A DNA stretch of 64,000 nt, from assembly GCF_009914755.1 (NCBI RefSeq), contig NC_060928.1. The stretch is one strand, 5' to 3'. The DNA is from the human T2T-CHM13v2.0 reference genome, Homo sapiens. Position numbers and translations under genes: made by a program. The notes below the pieces were generated by a model. That model had not been told where the DNA came from. It did not search any database and saw only the letters and a program-made list of their open reading frames with translations. Positions 19,901 through 34,600 of this stretch are shown one piece after another. Position 1 is the first letter of the stretch; each line of letters opens with the position of its first letter.

Positions 19901-20684
19901 TGTCACTAAAATATAGAGCAGGCTCCTGGAATGGTATGGTAGCAGCGGAAGTGGCCTTGGACCAATTCTTCATTGCAGAGCTTTGCACGTACTTAGTACC
20001 TCACCTTACGCTGCAGCAGTGTGGTCAGGGGCAAGCCTGGAAGAAACCTCAGTGACTCCCCACCGCACCTCAACTCTTGAAGTTTTGCTTTAACCTGTTT
20101 CACATTTGCAAGCCTTTATTTGGAGAAAAGAGGTTCCTCATGGTTTTACCCCCTTGTATTTTCTAAAGCCTGGAAGTAGAAACATGAGAGAAACTCTTGA
20201 GACTAACTTGTTATATATATGGAGAAGAGAATTCCAAGCTTAAATAGGTTAACTTATGAAGGTTTTGAGCTGCTTATCATGAAAAGGTCACAACCATCTG
20301 CAAGTAACAATACAGACCAAACTCCTGTACTGTGGGAGAGGTTAGACTAACTTCAGTATTACCTAAGACATGAAACATAAGGACTGATAATTGGAAATGC
20401 AAGGGATAGTGAAGAGCACTCATCTAGGCTGCAGCCAACAGAGGTCATTGTGACTTCCTTCATTCACCCCAGTGAGCTGCTAGATCCATTCTGGCTGCTA
20501 GAGATCAGAAGCCAGAATGGATCCAAACATGGATCAACATGTCCCAGGAGGTGAACTGGAAAGTCCTTGGAGGTCTAAGTCTCCAAATACAATTATATCA
20601 CATGAACCTTGAAATGTAGGAGTATTTGCAAGGATGGGCGAGGAAGGTGAAAGAGAGGAAGAGGAGGCAAAAACAACAATTTGC

Positions 20685-20756
20685 TAATAGGTTGGTGCAA
20701 AAGTAATCCATTACTTTTAATATAAAAACTGCAATTACTTTTGCAACAACCTAATA
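20685..20756. mobile_element. MADE1-like MITE (Hsmar1-derived), internally deleted
   Basis: TIRs taggttggtgcaaaagtaat ... attacttttgcaacaaccta with TA flanks. Confidence 0.8.
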
Positions 20757-21566
20757 CAATATTATAAATGTGATAAAAACCACAACTCTCATTAACTTCT
20801 TAACTGTTTTCTTTCATCTTATTGAACTGGTGAAAGCTTCACTGCTGTCTGGACCTTCCGAGAACAAAAGGAATACTGCTCTTACAGTGAACCGGGTATT
20901 TCTGCTTTTGTTCTCCACCCAGGTGCCCCATGAGTTTTAGATTGTTTTTAAGGTGGTTAAGGGCAGATCCAGGATGATATTGAATCCCATCTCCCTGGGA
21001 TTCCTATAGTATGATGAGGTTATCTTGGGTCTAAAAAATTCTCAGCTATGTAAGTTTGAGAGCCTGATTTTGATTAGATTCTGAGGTTGATTAGATTCTG
21101 GAATCTGATTCACATTAATCATGTACATGAAAAATTGATAAACAAGGTACCAATTTGTTAATATATACTGCCTGGCACTATAACTTTGAACAGATTCCGC
21201 ATAAGAAACACGATTGGTAGATGTAATATTCAAAATATTCAAAATATTTATCAACCTAAAATACATGGCACTGATCAATCAGTGCATCCACAGCTTAATT
21301 TAATAGATGCCAGCTGACTTGCCATTTCCAGGCATATCGGATAGATGTCAGCCCTGGGAATGAGTGAGGATTAATATTTGAGTAATCCGACTACCTGCCA
21401 GACACTAATATATAATCAATTTTTGTGGGTTATTTTATTGAAAACTCACAATGATCCTTTGAGGAATGCATTTAAGAAACAAGGGCTCAGAGATTTTAGA
21501 TAACTTCCTCTTGGTCCCACAGGTAATAAAATGTAGTTTGAGGAAGGCATTTCATAAACTGGACTC

Positions 21567-23510
21567 TCCCTGCTTGCAGATGAAATGATCCTATATCTAG
21601 GAAACCCCATCACTTTAGTCCAAAAGCTTTGTAAGCTGATAAGCAACTTCAGTAAAGGCTTAAGATACAAAATTAATGCACAAAAATTGCTAGCAACTGT
21701 ACATCAACAACAGTCAAGATGAGATGAGAGCGAAGTCACAAATGAGCTCCCATTCACAATTGCCACAAAAAGAAAAAAATACCTAGGAATACAGCTAACA
21801 AGGGAGATGAAAGATCTCTCTAAGAAGAACTAAAAACCCCTGCTCAAAGAAATCATAGATGACATAAATGAATGGAAAAATATTCCGTGTTCATGGATAG
21901 GAAAAATCCATATCATTAAAATTGCCATAGTGCCCAAAGCAATTTATACATTCAATGCTATTCCCATTAAACTACCAACGACGTTCTTCACAGAACTAGA
22001 GAAAACTGTTTTAAAATTCATATTGAACCAAAAAAGAGCCCAAATAACCAAGGCAACTCTAAGCAAAAAGAACAAAGCTAGAGGCATCCTGCTACTCAAT
22101 TTCAAACTATACTACAGGGCCACAGTAACCAAAAAAGCATGATATTGGTACAAAAACAGACACATGGACCACTGGAACAGAACAGAGAACCCAGAAATAA
22201 GACTACACACCTACAATTATCTGATCTTCAACAAACCTGACAAAAACAAGCAATAGGGAAAGAATTCCCTATTCAATAAATGGTTCTGGAATAACAGGCT
22301 AGCCATATGCAGAAAATTAAAACTAGGCCCCTTCCTTAAGCCAAGTACAAAAATTAACTCAAGGTGGATTAAAGACTTAAATGTAAAACCCAAGACAATA
22401 AAAACTCTGGAAGACAATCTAGGCCATATCATTCAGGACATAGGCACCGGCAAAGATTTCATGAGGAAGATGCAAAAAGCAATTGCAACAAAAGCAAAAA
22501 TTGACAAATGGTATCTAATTAAACTCAAGAGCTTCTGCACGGCAAAAGAAACTACCAACAGAGTACACAGACAACCTATAGAATGGGAGAAAAGTTTTGC
22601 AAACTATGCATCTGACAAAAAATCTAATATACAGCATTATAAGAAACTTAAAGTTACAAGGAAAAAACACCATTAAAAGGTGGGCAAAGAATATGAACAG
22701 ACATTTGTCAAAAGAAGACATACATGTGGCCAACAATCATATGAAAAAAAGCTCAACATCACTGATCATTAGAGAAATGAAAATCAAAACCACAATGAGA
22801 TACCATCTCACACCAGTCAGACTAGCCATTTTAAAAAGTCAAAAAATAACAGATGCTGGCGAGGTTCTGGAGAAAAAGGAATGCTTATACACTGTTGGTG
22901 GGAGTGTAAATTAGTTCAGCCATTGTAGAAAAGAGTGTGGTGATTCCTCAAAGACCTAAAGACATAACTGCCATTCGACCCAGCAATCCCATTACTGAGT
23001 ATATATCCAAAGGAATATAAATTGTTCTATTATAAAGACACATGCACATGTATGTTTATTGTAGCACCATTCACAATAGCACAGACATGGAATCAACCTA
23101 AATGCCCATCAATGGTAGACTGGATAAAGAAAATGTGGTACATATTCACCACGGAAAAGTAGGCAGCCATTATAATGAATGAGATTATATTCTTTGCTCT
23201 GACATGGATAGATCTGGAGGCTGTTATCCTTAGCAAACTAATGCAGGAACAGAAAACCAAATGCCACATGTTCTCATTTATAAGTAGGAGCTAAATGATG
23301 AGAACACATGGACATGCAGAGGGGAAGAACACACATTGGGGCTTATAAGAGGGTACAGGGTGGAAGGAGGCAGGGTATCAGGAAAAATAACTAATGGGTA
23401 CTAGGCTTAAAAACTCAGTGATGAAATAATCTGCACAACAACACCCCATGACATGTGTTTACCTATGTAACCTGCACATGTACCCCCGAACTTAAAGTTT
23501 TTTAAAAAAG
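21567..23510 (+). mobile_element. 5'-truncated old L1PA element
   Basis: Degenerate ORF2 3' half and 3'UTR; 11-bp TSD AAACTGGACTC at 21556-21566 and 23511-23521. Confidence 0.9.
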
Positions 23511-26500
23511 AAACTGGACTCAGAGATTTTAGATAACTGGCCCATATTCCCACAGGTAGTAAAATGAAGTCTGGTTTTACACACAGGTCCATGTGTACCA
23601 TACTGTAAAATGTATCCCCTTCTGGTAAATTCACACAAGAAACAAATTTAGATCAAATGGTCAACTAATGCTGATATCAGAGCAAAGAATGTCATTTTGT
23701 CTTAAAGAAATTCCTTGAGTTTTTTTTTTTTAATGAATGCCAGGGCTATCTCTAAAAAATAAAAGCTAGAATTTTATTTATGTAATTAAGCTGGTCAGGG
23801 CTAGAATGTCTAAGCTGTCTGTACCTTCAAGGTTATTACTCTTTATGTAGATCTGGCTGTTTGTCAGTAATTGACAGAAATGAAGCTTAAATAACAAGGC
23901 CTGTTATTCTGGAGGAATGTTTTTCAACTTCACTGCACATTAGAAAGAATTGAGAAGCTGTTAAAAAAACACAATACCAGAACAACATCCACATGATTCC
24001 CCTTTCAATAAACACAAGTTTGGGGACATCTTCCCAAGTGACCCAGTGTGAAGCCTATCTGGGACCACTATTCTTCCATACTAGCAGTGCCACCCAAAGC
24101 GTGATCCCTCTGATTATTATTATTATTATTATTATTAGCATGAACCCTCCTCAGTCCATGAGAAGACGGACCTCAAAACTAAGAGTGTTTAGAAACTTCT
24201 ATAGAAACTGACAAATTAAGTTTATATCTGTTAAATATAATCAAAAAATATGGATTAGTATTTTGCTTCTCATTATTTTTCTAGTAATCCATTTTTATTA
24301 TATTTTATAAAAGGATCAGTCCATGATGGACTGGAGAAGGAATAGAAAGGGTCTTCATCACAGATAGTTTAAGAAACACAGCCCAAAACCATGTATTAGA
24401 TCACCCTAGTTCATTCCAAAGACTATGCTTTGTGAGATATGCCCCTGTACTTTCTGTCCTTCCAAGACTGGCACTGCATCCTTCATCACTTTTTGTGTCA
24501 TTACCGAGGTAAAGCATAGCATCCTCAAAGGGTTGGCTTGTCTTTGCCAGTTTTCTCTCAGATAACATAGGTATGCTCTCTCACTCCTTCTATAATTTGC
24601 CTGGAAAAAATGGAAATGTATGAGTGTAAAATGTGCATTTATTCTCAGTGATAAAAGCAAAAGGAAGAGCCCAATTGAACCTTAAGGAGCAGGTGCCTGT
24701 CTGATATGAAATCTGAGGTTCCTCAGCTAAACACACCTCTGCAGGAAAGAGCCCCGGACATTGTTAAAGAACTATGGTCAGACAACACTGTGGCCTTGTA
24801 TTTTTTTTTTTCTTGTCCTAGGAATGAAGTTTTGTGACAAGATTGAGTCTTATGGCAGTGCTGACTGAGGACGAGACCAGGAATTATATAACTATGAGGA
24901 TGCTGGTGGCTAAATTGAGGTCAGAGCTATAATTGTGTAAGAGAGGTCTAAACTGACAAGAAGCTATGGTTTGTCCTGGATTTCTTCAAAACGAAGAACT
25001 TGTAATTTTAAAATAAAAAGGTTTAACTCTGCCTAAACTATGGGGAATTAATTAAATTAATTAAAAATCAATGCATAGTCTGGTAAAGAGTTTTGGCATT
25101 GATGTTGTTGATGTCACTTCCATATTTGAGACTTGGTGTTGGAAATGTAACTTGGACACTGAAATGGAAGAATTTCTGAAATATTTCAGTGCTTTATAGA
25201 AAAAGTAGAACAGGATATTTTATATCAAAAGATGCTTGAAAGTCAGAGACCTGGCCAAATTTTTGCCATTGTGTAAGGAGAGTAGGTAACCTCCTTCTAT
25301 CTGAAATTATGGCCCGTAATTTGTTAGAAATTACCTTGGTTAAATTATGGTCTATATCTTTCTCTTTTTAACTGAATGTTCCTTCAATTAATCATAGCAA
25401 ATGTTTATTAGATCACTAAATAATTATCTCATTTGATTATAAAACTCTTACAAAGCAGATGATATTGTTCATTTTAGAGAAAGAGACTGAGGCACAATTT
25501 AAAATAAATCTCAAGGTAATCTCAAAGGGGAAATGATATGCTACATGGGTGATAGGAAACCTATTGGTGGATTGTGGAAAATATTTATAAAATAGTTGAA
25601 CAAAGGGTATAAATAAGTAGGAAAAGGCAAAAAAAAGAGGAAAGGAAATGAGCTGGAAGCCAGCAAGTGGTCTGAGTCCTAACACCAAGTTCTAAGTTGG
25701 GCCATCATCATTTAATCAAGGAACGGGCTATCCCTTGATTGTAAGTATTAGTTTTAAATACTTAAAATTTTAATTATTTAAAAGTAAATTGTAAGTATTA
25801 GATTTAAATACTTACAATTCTAAGTATTTAAAAGTTCTGCCTGGTAGAACTTTCATTTACTAAGTAGTTTACATTTAGGTATCAGTATAGTCAGTATTAT
25901 CAGCCTGAAGCCCCCTAAATGGGAGTTTCTGTGTCCCTACACCCATGGAGCTGAGGGCAGTGTCTTGCTCACAGAATCTCAGCGTCAAAAGGAAAGAAAG
26001 GGCTCCCAAATTTAAACTCAGGCATAGTCAGGCTAGTGTGGGTTTAGCAAACTCTTGGACAAACCATTGAGGTTATTATTCATAATTCAACCTCTTTTTT
26101 TTTTTTTTGATCTGCTGGATCCTCAAAGAGCCAGCTACCCACTTTCCTCCATTGCTGTCATCACCTGGGCCCCTGTAGAAACAAATTTGCAGTCAGGTGC
26201 TATAAAAAGAATTTAGCTTTAAGGGAAAACAGATCAGGATTTTCATTTCAGATGTACCGGCTATAACACTTCAGACAAATGACTTAACTTCTTGTACCCA
26301 CGTTTTTTCTCATCTGCCAAATGGAGAAGACAATGTATTTTTTATAAGAAGACCACATTGAAGTGTTTAAAAGTTTCATCTCTGGACTCTGACATCCATT
26401 TAAGAATATTGTTACCTTTGATAAACTAATTTCTGCAAGTCTTAATTTCTTCACCTGTAAAATGAGGATAATACCAATTTAGTACTTCTTTCACAAAACT

Positions 26501-26869
26501 GTTGTAAAGATTTAATGAGATACCATTTATGAAATGCTTGAAATATTCCCTAAAAAACTGTTTATGATCAACAAGTGTTAGCTTTTATTATCATTACTGA
26601 AGATCAGTGATAAGCCTGCCCACTGCAAGGTAACTACCCTTATTGGGATACCACGAGACAAGCTTTGAATAATTTATATGCACATTATTTTCTCCGAGCT
26701 GCCACTCTTAAATGTGCATTCAAATGATGAAAGCCTAGCTTTCTAGTTCTTTTCTCTTTAGATAAATGAGCTTGCACATATATATGTAGGCATAGGGTGT
26801 GGGCAAAATCTCAAGAAAGCTTGAATGATACCTTGTGCTCCTGTAAGACCCAGCTGGGAAGAAAGGAGG

Positions 26870-27326
26870 TGTATTGGATTGAATAGTGTTCCTCCAAAAT
26901 TCACGTATGCCAGAACCTCAGAATGTGGCCTTATTTGAGAATAGGGTCCTTGCAGATGTAATGTAAGTAGTTAAGATGAGGTCATATTGAATTAGAGTGA
27001 GCTCTAAATTCAAAGATTAGTGTCCTTATATGAAGGCTAGGTGAAGATGCAAAGAGACACACAGAGGAGAACAGCATGTGACCACAGAGGCAGAGATTGG
27101 AGTGATACATCCACAAGCCAAAGGATGCCAAAGATTGCTGGGAACTACCAGAAGCTAGGGGAAAGGCATGGAACAGATTCTGCTTCAGAGACTCTAGGAG
27201 TATCCAATCCTGATGATACTTTGATTTTGGACTTCTGGTGTTCAGAAACTATGAGAGAACAAATTTCTATTGTTTTAAGCTACCAAGTTTGTGTACCTTG
27301 TTATGGCAGCTCTATGAAATGAACAC
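26870..27326 (+). mobile_element. MaLR solo LTR (MLT1C-like)
   Basis: tg...aaaattcacg...gaacctcagaatgtggccttatttg ... gttatggcagc...aacaca. Confidence 0.8.
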
Positions 27327-28639
27327 AAAAGCGGTCTCTAACCAAAAGGAATATTATAGGATCTCTCCTCTCCAGGCAGGGTCAACAAGGAGAAGTGAAG
27401 AAAGTGTGTGTATAGGAGTACCAAATGTATCCAGAAAAACACAGGACATCAGAAAGTGGGTCCTGGAAGACACTGTAAGGGCAGGTACACATTCTGTTAC
27501 ATCAGTGGCTCATTGGGCAACTGAGGGTAGTTCTGTAACATCCCAAGTGGGGGGCCAGACATGAAGAGGCAGGGAAACATAATCATATTGAAAGGAACAA
27601 AATTTTTAGACATGGGGCTGCTCAAGTACTGCAAGGGTGACTCTCCATGTAGATTCAGAGTCTGGGCACTCCAGTCAACACTAACTGATAAATCCTTTTA
27701 AGCATATAGCAAAAAGATGACCACCTTCTTATACTTCAAAGACAACACTGATACCTAAATGTAAACTACTTAGTAAATGAAAGTTCTACCAGCCAGTTTT
27801 AAATCAAATGCTTACAATTTTAATCAAAGGATAGCCCATTAACCAAACAATTGTTTTTATGAAGTGTGTTTTTTTTTTGTTTTGTTTGTTTTAAATGTCT
27901 AGGAGACACCTTACCAAGACCTCATTTATTTTAACACTTCCTGGGAGACCTTTATTGTCAAACTCGACCAGATTTATTCAACAAACAGCAATTCGAGAAA
28001 GCAGTGGAAAAGAGCTGAGTCACAGTGAAAGTGACATTTCCCTTTGCAGCTGAAGAAACCACCGGCTGTGATTAACTGCTTGACTAGTCCTCCAGTGTGA
28101 AGGATCACAATGGGATCAAGAAGGCTTGGCTGGGCTATGAGAAAGAAAAGAACTGAATCAAATTGGAGCCTGGGAAACTCAGTTCACAGGATCCCCTAAA
28201 AGTTACAAATGTCACAAGTGTGAGTGACCATTCATTTACTTAATCAGGCAATAAATCTTTTATTCATTCAATGAGATTTTTTATTAGTTTCTACTGTGGG
28301 CCTAGGTGCCGGGATATTGGTGGTGGGGTCAGATACTAAAATGATTCTGAGACAGTTTCTGTTCCAATAGGCTTAGAATATAATAGATTCTCAACAATCT
28401 TTTTTTTCAATAGTCTTTCATCCCCAAATAATTCTGTCTTTAAAAGAGAAGAGCCACCTGAGGAGTGACTGGAGAGCTGTCCATTCAAACTTCCCTTATT
28501 GCTGAAATGTTGCTAAACAGAGTTTGACATTGACTCTTAGCTGCCAATCACTCTCTCCAGTGTGGGACAGACCAGCAACTCAGTGCAGGTTCATTTGGGT
28601 ACTGAAGGACAATCAAAACCTAACTACAGGATGATTGAT

Positions 28640-31600
28640 CTGTGATACCTTCCGAGAACAATCGTAATCAAAAAGAGAAATATGAAAGTGGTCGGAATCA
28701 AAATGGAGTCATGTATGTTTAAAACAAACAAACAAACAAACAAATACAAAAAACCCTGACAAATAGAGCTGGGGAGGGCTATGAAGAGAGGCTTCTCACA
28801 CTTATATGCCAGATAATAAAAACTTCCACAAAAGACTCTACAGAAGCCACAACAATGCACAAAGGTCATCACAACCTTACACAAAAAATACTTCTGTGAG
28901 GATATCTGCCCAGCAACTAACTGCCTGTCCAAACTCAGACTGGCACCACCTTTGTTCCTTTGTTATTAATCTTTGTAGCGAAAGATAATTATCTCAAAAC
29001 AATTATACAATTCTGCTCATTATTTTTAACTTTTATTTTAGGTTCAGGGGTACATGTGAAGGTTTGTTACATAGGTAAACTCATTTCATGGAGGTTTGTT
29101 GTACAGATTATTTCATCACCTGGGAATTAAGCCAGTACTCAATAGTTATCTTTGCTGCTCTTCTCCCTCCTCTCAACCTTCACCCTCAAGAAGAGCCCAG
29201 TGTCTGTTGTTTCCTTCTTTGTGTTCATACTCATCATTTACCTCCCACTTATAAATGAGAACATGCTGTAGTTGGTTTTCTGTTCCTGTGTTAGTTTGCT
29301 GAGGATAATAGCCTCCAGCCCCATCCATGTTCCTGCAAAAGACTGATCTCATTCCTTTTTTATGGCTGCATAGTATTCCATGGTGTATATATACCACATT
29401 TTCTTTTTCCAGTCTACCACTGATGGGCATTTAGGTTGATTCCATGTCTTTGCTATTGTGAAATGTGCTGCAATGAACATGTGTGTGCATGTGTCTCTAT
29501 AATAAAACAATTTATATTGCTTTGGGTATATACCCAGTAATGGGATTGCAGGATAAAATGGTAGTTCTGACTTTAGGTTTTTGAGGAATCATCACACTGT
29601 CTTCTACAATGGTTGAACTAATTTACACTCCCACCAACAGTGTATAAGCATTCCCTTTTCTCCACAGCCTCACCAGCATCTGTTATTTTTTTTACTTTTT
29701 AATAGTAACCATTCTGACTGCTATGAGATTGTATCTCATTGTGGTTTCAAAATGCATTTTTCTAATGATCAGTGATGTTGAGCTCTTTTTCATATGACTG
29801 TTGGCCACGTGTATGTCTTCTTTTGAGAAGTGTCTGTTCATGCCTTTTGCCCACTTTTTAATGGGACTGTTTGTTTTTATCTTGTAAATTTGTTTAAGTT
29901 TCTTATGGACACTGGATATTAGATCTTTGTCAGATGCATAGTTTGTAACTATTTTCTCTTATTCTACAGGTTGTTTGTGTACTCTGTTGATAGTTTCTTT
30001 TGCTGTGCTGAAGCTCCTGTGTTTAATTAGATTCCATTTGTCAGTTTTTGCTTTTGTTGCAATTGCTTTTGGTGTCTTTGTCATAAAATCTTTGCCCGTT
30101 CCTATGTCCAGGATGGTATTGCCTAGGTTGTCTTCCAGAGCTTTTATAGTTTTGAGTTTTACATTTAAGTCTTTAATTCATCTTGAGTTAATTTTTGTAT
30201 ATGGTGTAAGGAAGGGGTCTAGTTTTAATTTTCTTCATATGGCTAGCCAGTTATCCCAGTACCATTTATTGAATAGGGAGCCTTTTCTCCATTGCTTGTT
30301 TTTTTTGAGAATCAGGTGGTTGTAGATGTACAGCCTTATTTCTGGGTTCTCTATTCTGTTCCATTGGTCTATGTGCCGGTTTTTGTACCAATACCATGCT
30401 ATTTTGGTTACTGTAGCCGTGTAGTATAGTTTGAAGTTGGGTGACATGATTCCTCCAGCTTTGTTTTTGTTTTGTTTTGTTTCCCTTAGGATCATGTTGG
30501 CTATTCAGGTTGTTTTTTGGTTCCACGTAAATTTAAAAATTTTTTTTCTAGTTGAAGAATGTCATTTGTAGATTGATAAGAATAGTGTTGAATCTGTAAA
30601 TTGCTTTGGGCAGTATGGCCATTTTAATGATGTTAATTTTTCCTATCCATGAATATGGCATGTTTTTTCCATTTGTTTGTGTTATCTCCGATTTCTTTGA
30701 GCAGTGTTTTGTAATTCTCATTGTGGACATCTTTCATCTCCCTGGTTAGCTGTATTCCTATGTATTCTATTCTTTTTGTGGTGATTGTGAATGAGATTGC
30801 CTTTCTGATTTCACTCTTGGCTTGGCTATTGTTGGTATATAAGAATGCTAGTGATTTTTGCACATTAATTTTTTATCCTGTGACTTTGCTGAAGTTGTTT
30901 ATCAGCTGAAGGAGCTTTTGGGCTGAGACTATGGGATTTTCTAGATATAGAATTATGTCATCTGTAAACAGATAGTTTGACTTCCTCTCTTCCTATTTGG
31001 ATGCCTTTTATTTCTTTTCTTGCCTGATTACCGTGGCTAGGACTTCCAGTACTATGTTGAATAGGAGTGGTGAGAGAGGGCATCCTTGTCTTGTGCTGGT
31101 GTTCAAGGGGAATGGTTCCAGCTATTGCCTATTTGGTATAATGTTAGGTATGGGTTTGTCATGAATGGTTTTTATTATTTTGAAGTATGTTCCTTCAATA
31201 CCTAGTTTATTGAGAGTTTTAACGTGAAGGGGTGTTGAATTTTATCAAAAGCCTTTTCTGCATCTACTGAGATAATAATGTGTTTTTTTCTTTAGTTCTG
31301 TTTATGTGATGAATCATATTTATTGATTTGCTTATGTTGAACCAACCTTGGGTATCCCAGGGATTAAGCCTACTTGATCATGGTCGATTAGCTTTTTGAT
31401 GTGCTGCTGGATTCGATTTGCAAGTATTTTATTGAGGATTTTTGCATTGATATTAATCAAGGATATTGGCCTGAAGTTTTCTTTTCTTGTGTCTTATGAC
31501 AGTATTTTGGTATCAGGATAACGCTGGCCTCATAGAATTAGTTGGGGAGGAGTCCTGTCTCCTCAATTTTTTGGAATAGCTTTTGTAAGAATGATAATAG

Positions 31601-34600
31601 TTCTTCTTTGTACATCTGGTAGAATTTGTGAATGCATCAGGTCCTAGGCTTTATTTTGATTAGTCAGATATTTATTACTAATTCAATTTTAGAACTCGTT
31701 GTGGTCTGTTTAGGAAATCAATTTCTTCCTGGTTCAGTCTTGGGAGAGTGTATGTGTCCAGGAATTTATCAATCTCTTCTAGGTTTTCTAGTTTGTGCAT
31801 ATAGAGGAGTTTGTAGTAGTTTCTGATGGTTATTTATATTCCCATGGGGTCAGCAGTAACATTCCCTTCATCGTTTCAAATTGTGTTTATTTGAATCTTT
31901 TCTCTTTTCTTTATTAGTCTAGCTAGTGGCCTAGCTTATTAATTGTTTCAAAAAACAAACTCTTAAATTCATTGATCTTTTAAATGGCTTTTCATGTCTC
32001 ATTTTCCTTCAGTTCAGGTTTGATTTTGGTTATTTCTTGTCTTCTGCTAGTTTTGGGGCTGATTTTTTCTTGCTTCTCTAATTTTTTTCAGTTGTGATGT
32101 TAGGTTGTTAACTTGAGATCTTTCTGACTGTTTTACATGGGCATTTAGTGCAATGAATTTCCCTTTGAACACTGCCTTACTTGTCTCAGAGATTCTGGAA
32201 TATGATATCTTTGTTCTCTTTAGTTTCAAAAGCTTATTGATTTCTGCCTAAGTTTCATTATTTACCCAAAAGTAGTTCAGAAGCATGTTGTTTAATTTCC
32301 ATGTAATTCATGGTTTTGAATTATTTTCTTAGTCTTGACTTCTGTTTTTATTGCACTGTGGTCTGAGAGTGTGTTTGGTATGATTTGGATTTTTTTGCAT
32401 TTGCTAAGGATTGTTCTGTGTCCAATTACATGGTCGATTTTAGGGTATGTGCCATGTAGCAAAGAGAAGAATGTATACTCTGTTGTTTTGGTGTGGAGAG
32501 TTCTGTAGAAGTGTATCAGATCCATTTGGTCCAATGTTTAGTTCAGGTCCTGAATATCTCTGTTAATTTTCTGCCTCAAAGTTATGTCTAATATTGTCAG
32601 TGGAGTGTTGAAATCTCCCACTACTATTGTATGGGAGTCTGTGTCTTGTCGTAGGTCTCTAAGAACTTGCTTCATGAATCTGAGTGCTCCTGTGTTTGAT
32701 GCATATCTATTTAGGGTAGTTAAGTCTTCTTGTTGAATTGAACCCTTTATCATTATGCAATGCCCTTGTCTTTTTTTTTAGCTTTTTTGGTTTGAAGTCT
32801 CTTTTGTCTGAAACTAGGATTGCAACCCCTGCTTTTTTCTGTTTTCCATTTGTTTGGTAGATTTTTCTCCATCCCTTTATTTTGAGCCTATGGGTGTCAT
32901 TTTGTGTGAGATGAGTCTCTTGAAGACAGCATGCCACTAGGTCTTGCTATTTTATCCAACTTGCCACTCTATGCCTTTTAAGTAGGGCATTTAGCCTGTT
33001 TACATTCAAGGTTAGTATTGATATGTGTGGATTGGATCATGTCATTGTGTTGTTAGCTGGTTACTATGTTGCCTTGTTTGTGTGGTTGCTTAATAGTGAT
33101 AGTGGTTTGTGTGTTTAAGTGTGTTTTTGTATTAGCTGATAGCAGACTTTTCTTTCCATATTTAGTGCACCTTTCAAGATCTCTCATAAGGCAGGTCTGG
33201 TGGTCACAAACTCCCTCAACATTTGCTTATTTGCAAAGGATCTTATTCCTCCTTCACTTAGGAAGCTTAGTTTGGCTGGATATAAAAATTCTTGGTTAAA
33301 GATTTTTTTTCCTTAAGAATGTTGAATCTAAGCCTCTAATCTCTTCTGGCTTGTAGGGTTTCAGTTGAGAAGTCTGCTGTTAGCCTAATGGTGTTCCCTT
33401 TGTAGGTGAGCTGCCCTTTTTCTCTACCTGTCTTTAACATTATTTCTTTTATTTCAGTCTTGGGAAAGCTGATGATTATGTGTCTTGGGGGTGATCTTCC
33501 TGTGTAGAATGTTGCACTTCTCTGCATTTCTTGAATTTGACTCTTGGCCTCTCTAGCAAGGTTTGGGAAGCTTTCAGGGACAATGTCCTGAGATAGGTTT
33601 TCCAAGTTGTTTCCTTTCTCCCCTTCCCTTTCAGTGATACCAGTGATTAGTGGATTTGGCCTCTTTACATAATCCCAGAGTTCTGAGAGGTTTCGTTCAT
33701 TCCTTTTTATTCTTTTTTCTTTATTTTCATGTGAGATTCTGAGATTCTTTCCTAAGCTTGATTTATTCTGCATTAATACTTGTGATTGCATTGTGAAATT
33801 CTTGTATTTTGTTATTCAGCTCTTTTAGACCCATCAGGCTCTTTTTTATACCGGCTGTTTTATCCTTCGGCTCCTGTATCACTTTAAGGTGATTCTTATT
33901 TTCCTTGGATTAGGTTTTGCTGTCTTCCTGAATCTTGATGATCTTCTTTCCTATCCATATTCTTAATTTTACTTCAGTCATTAGAGCCAGTTCAGCCTGG
34001 TTAAGAAGTTTTGTCAGAGAACTGGTGCAGTCATTTGGAGGACATATAACACTCTGGCCTTTTGAGTTACTGGAGTTCTTGACTTTTTTTTTTTCTCGTC
34101 TCTGCATGTGGATGTTCTTTACAGCAGTGTAGATTGCATACAGTCAATAGACTTCTTTTTTGATGTTTTCACCGGACCAAGACTTTGTGCAGGGTCTTTA
34201 TTTGAAGCTGATTTCTTGTCTCTGGTTTCAGAATGGGATGTGTTAGCAAGGATTTGGTGTTGAAGCTTCGGGGTGTGATCCAATAGGTGTCACTTAGGCT
34301 TATTAGTTGGTAGACTCTTGCTCAGCTGTGTGGCTCCCCTGTGTTTCTTCACAGTTGCAGGTATGTTCCTCTCAGTGCTCTGAAAGTGTGGGTGCCTCTC
34401 CCCATTGAGTGCTGGTGGTTGATCATGGCTTGGCACTCCTGGGCTGGCCACTGTAGCTCTCGGACAATCTCAGTGTTTATATTCCTTCCCCAACTTGCAG
34501 GCAGCAGAGTAAAGAACCTTAGTAGTGGTTGTGGCCAAGTGTCTTTTGCTTGTCTCCTAGGGGCTCCAACCTAGAGAGATGCAGGTCAGCAATTACTCAG

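Noticed and set aside
18474-20055. Cluster of 60-120 aa ORFs upstream of ADH7
   Set aside because: No recognisable domains or consistent exon structure; lengths are compatible with chance.
20685-20756. miR-548-like precursor
   Set aside because: MADE1 hairpins are abundant, this copy has a deleted arm, and there is no expression evidence.
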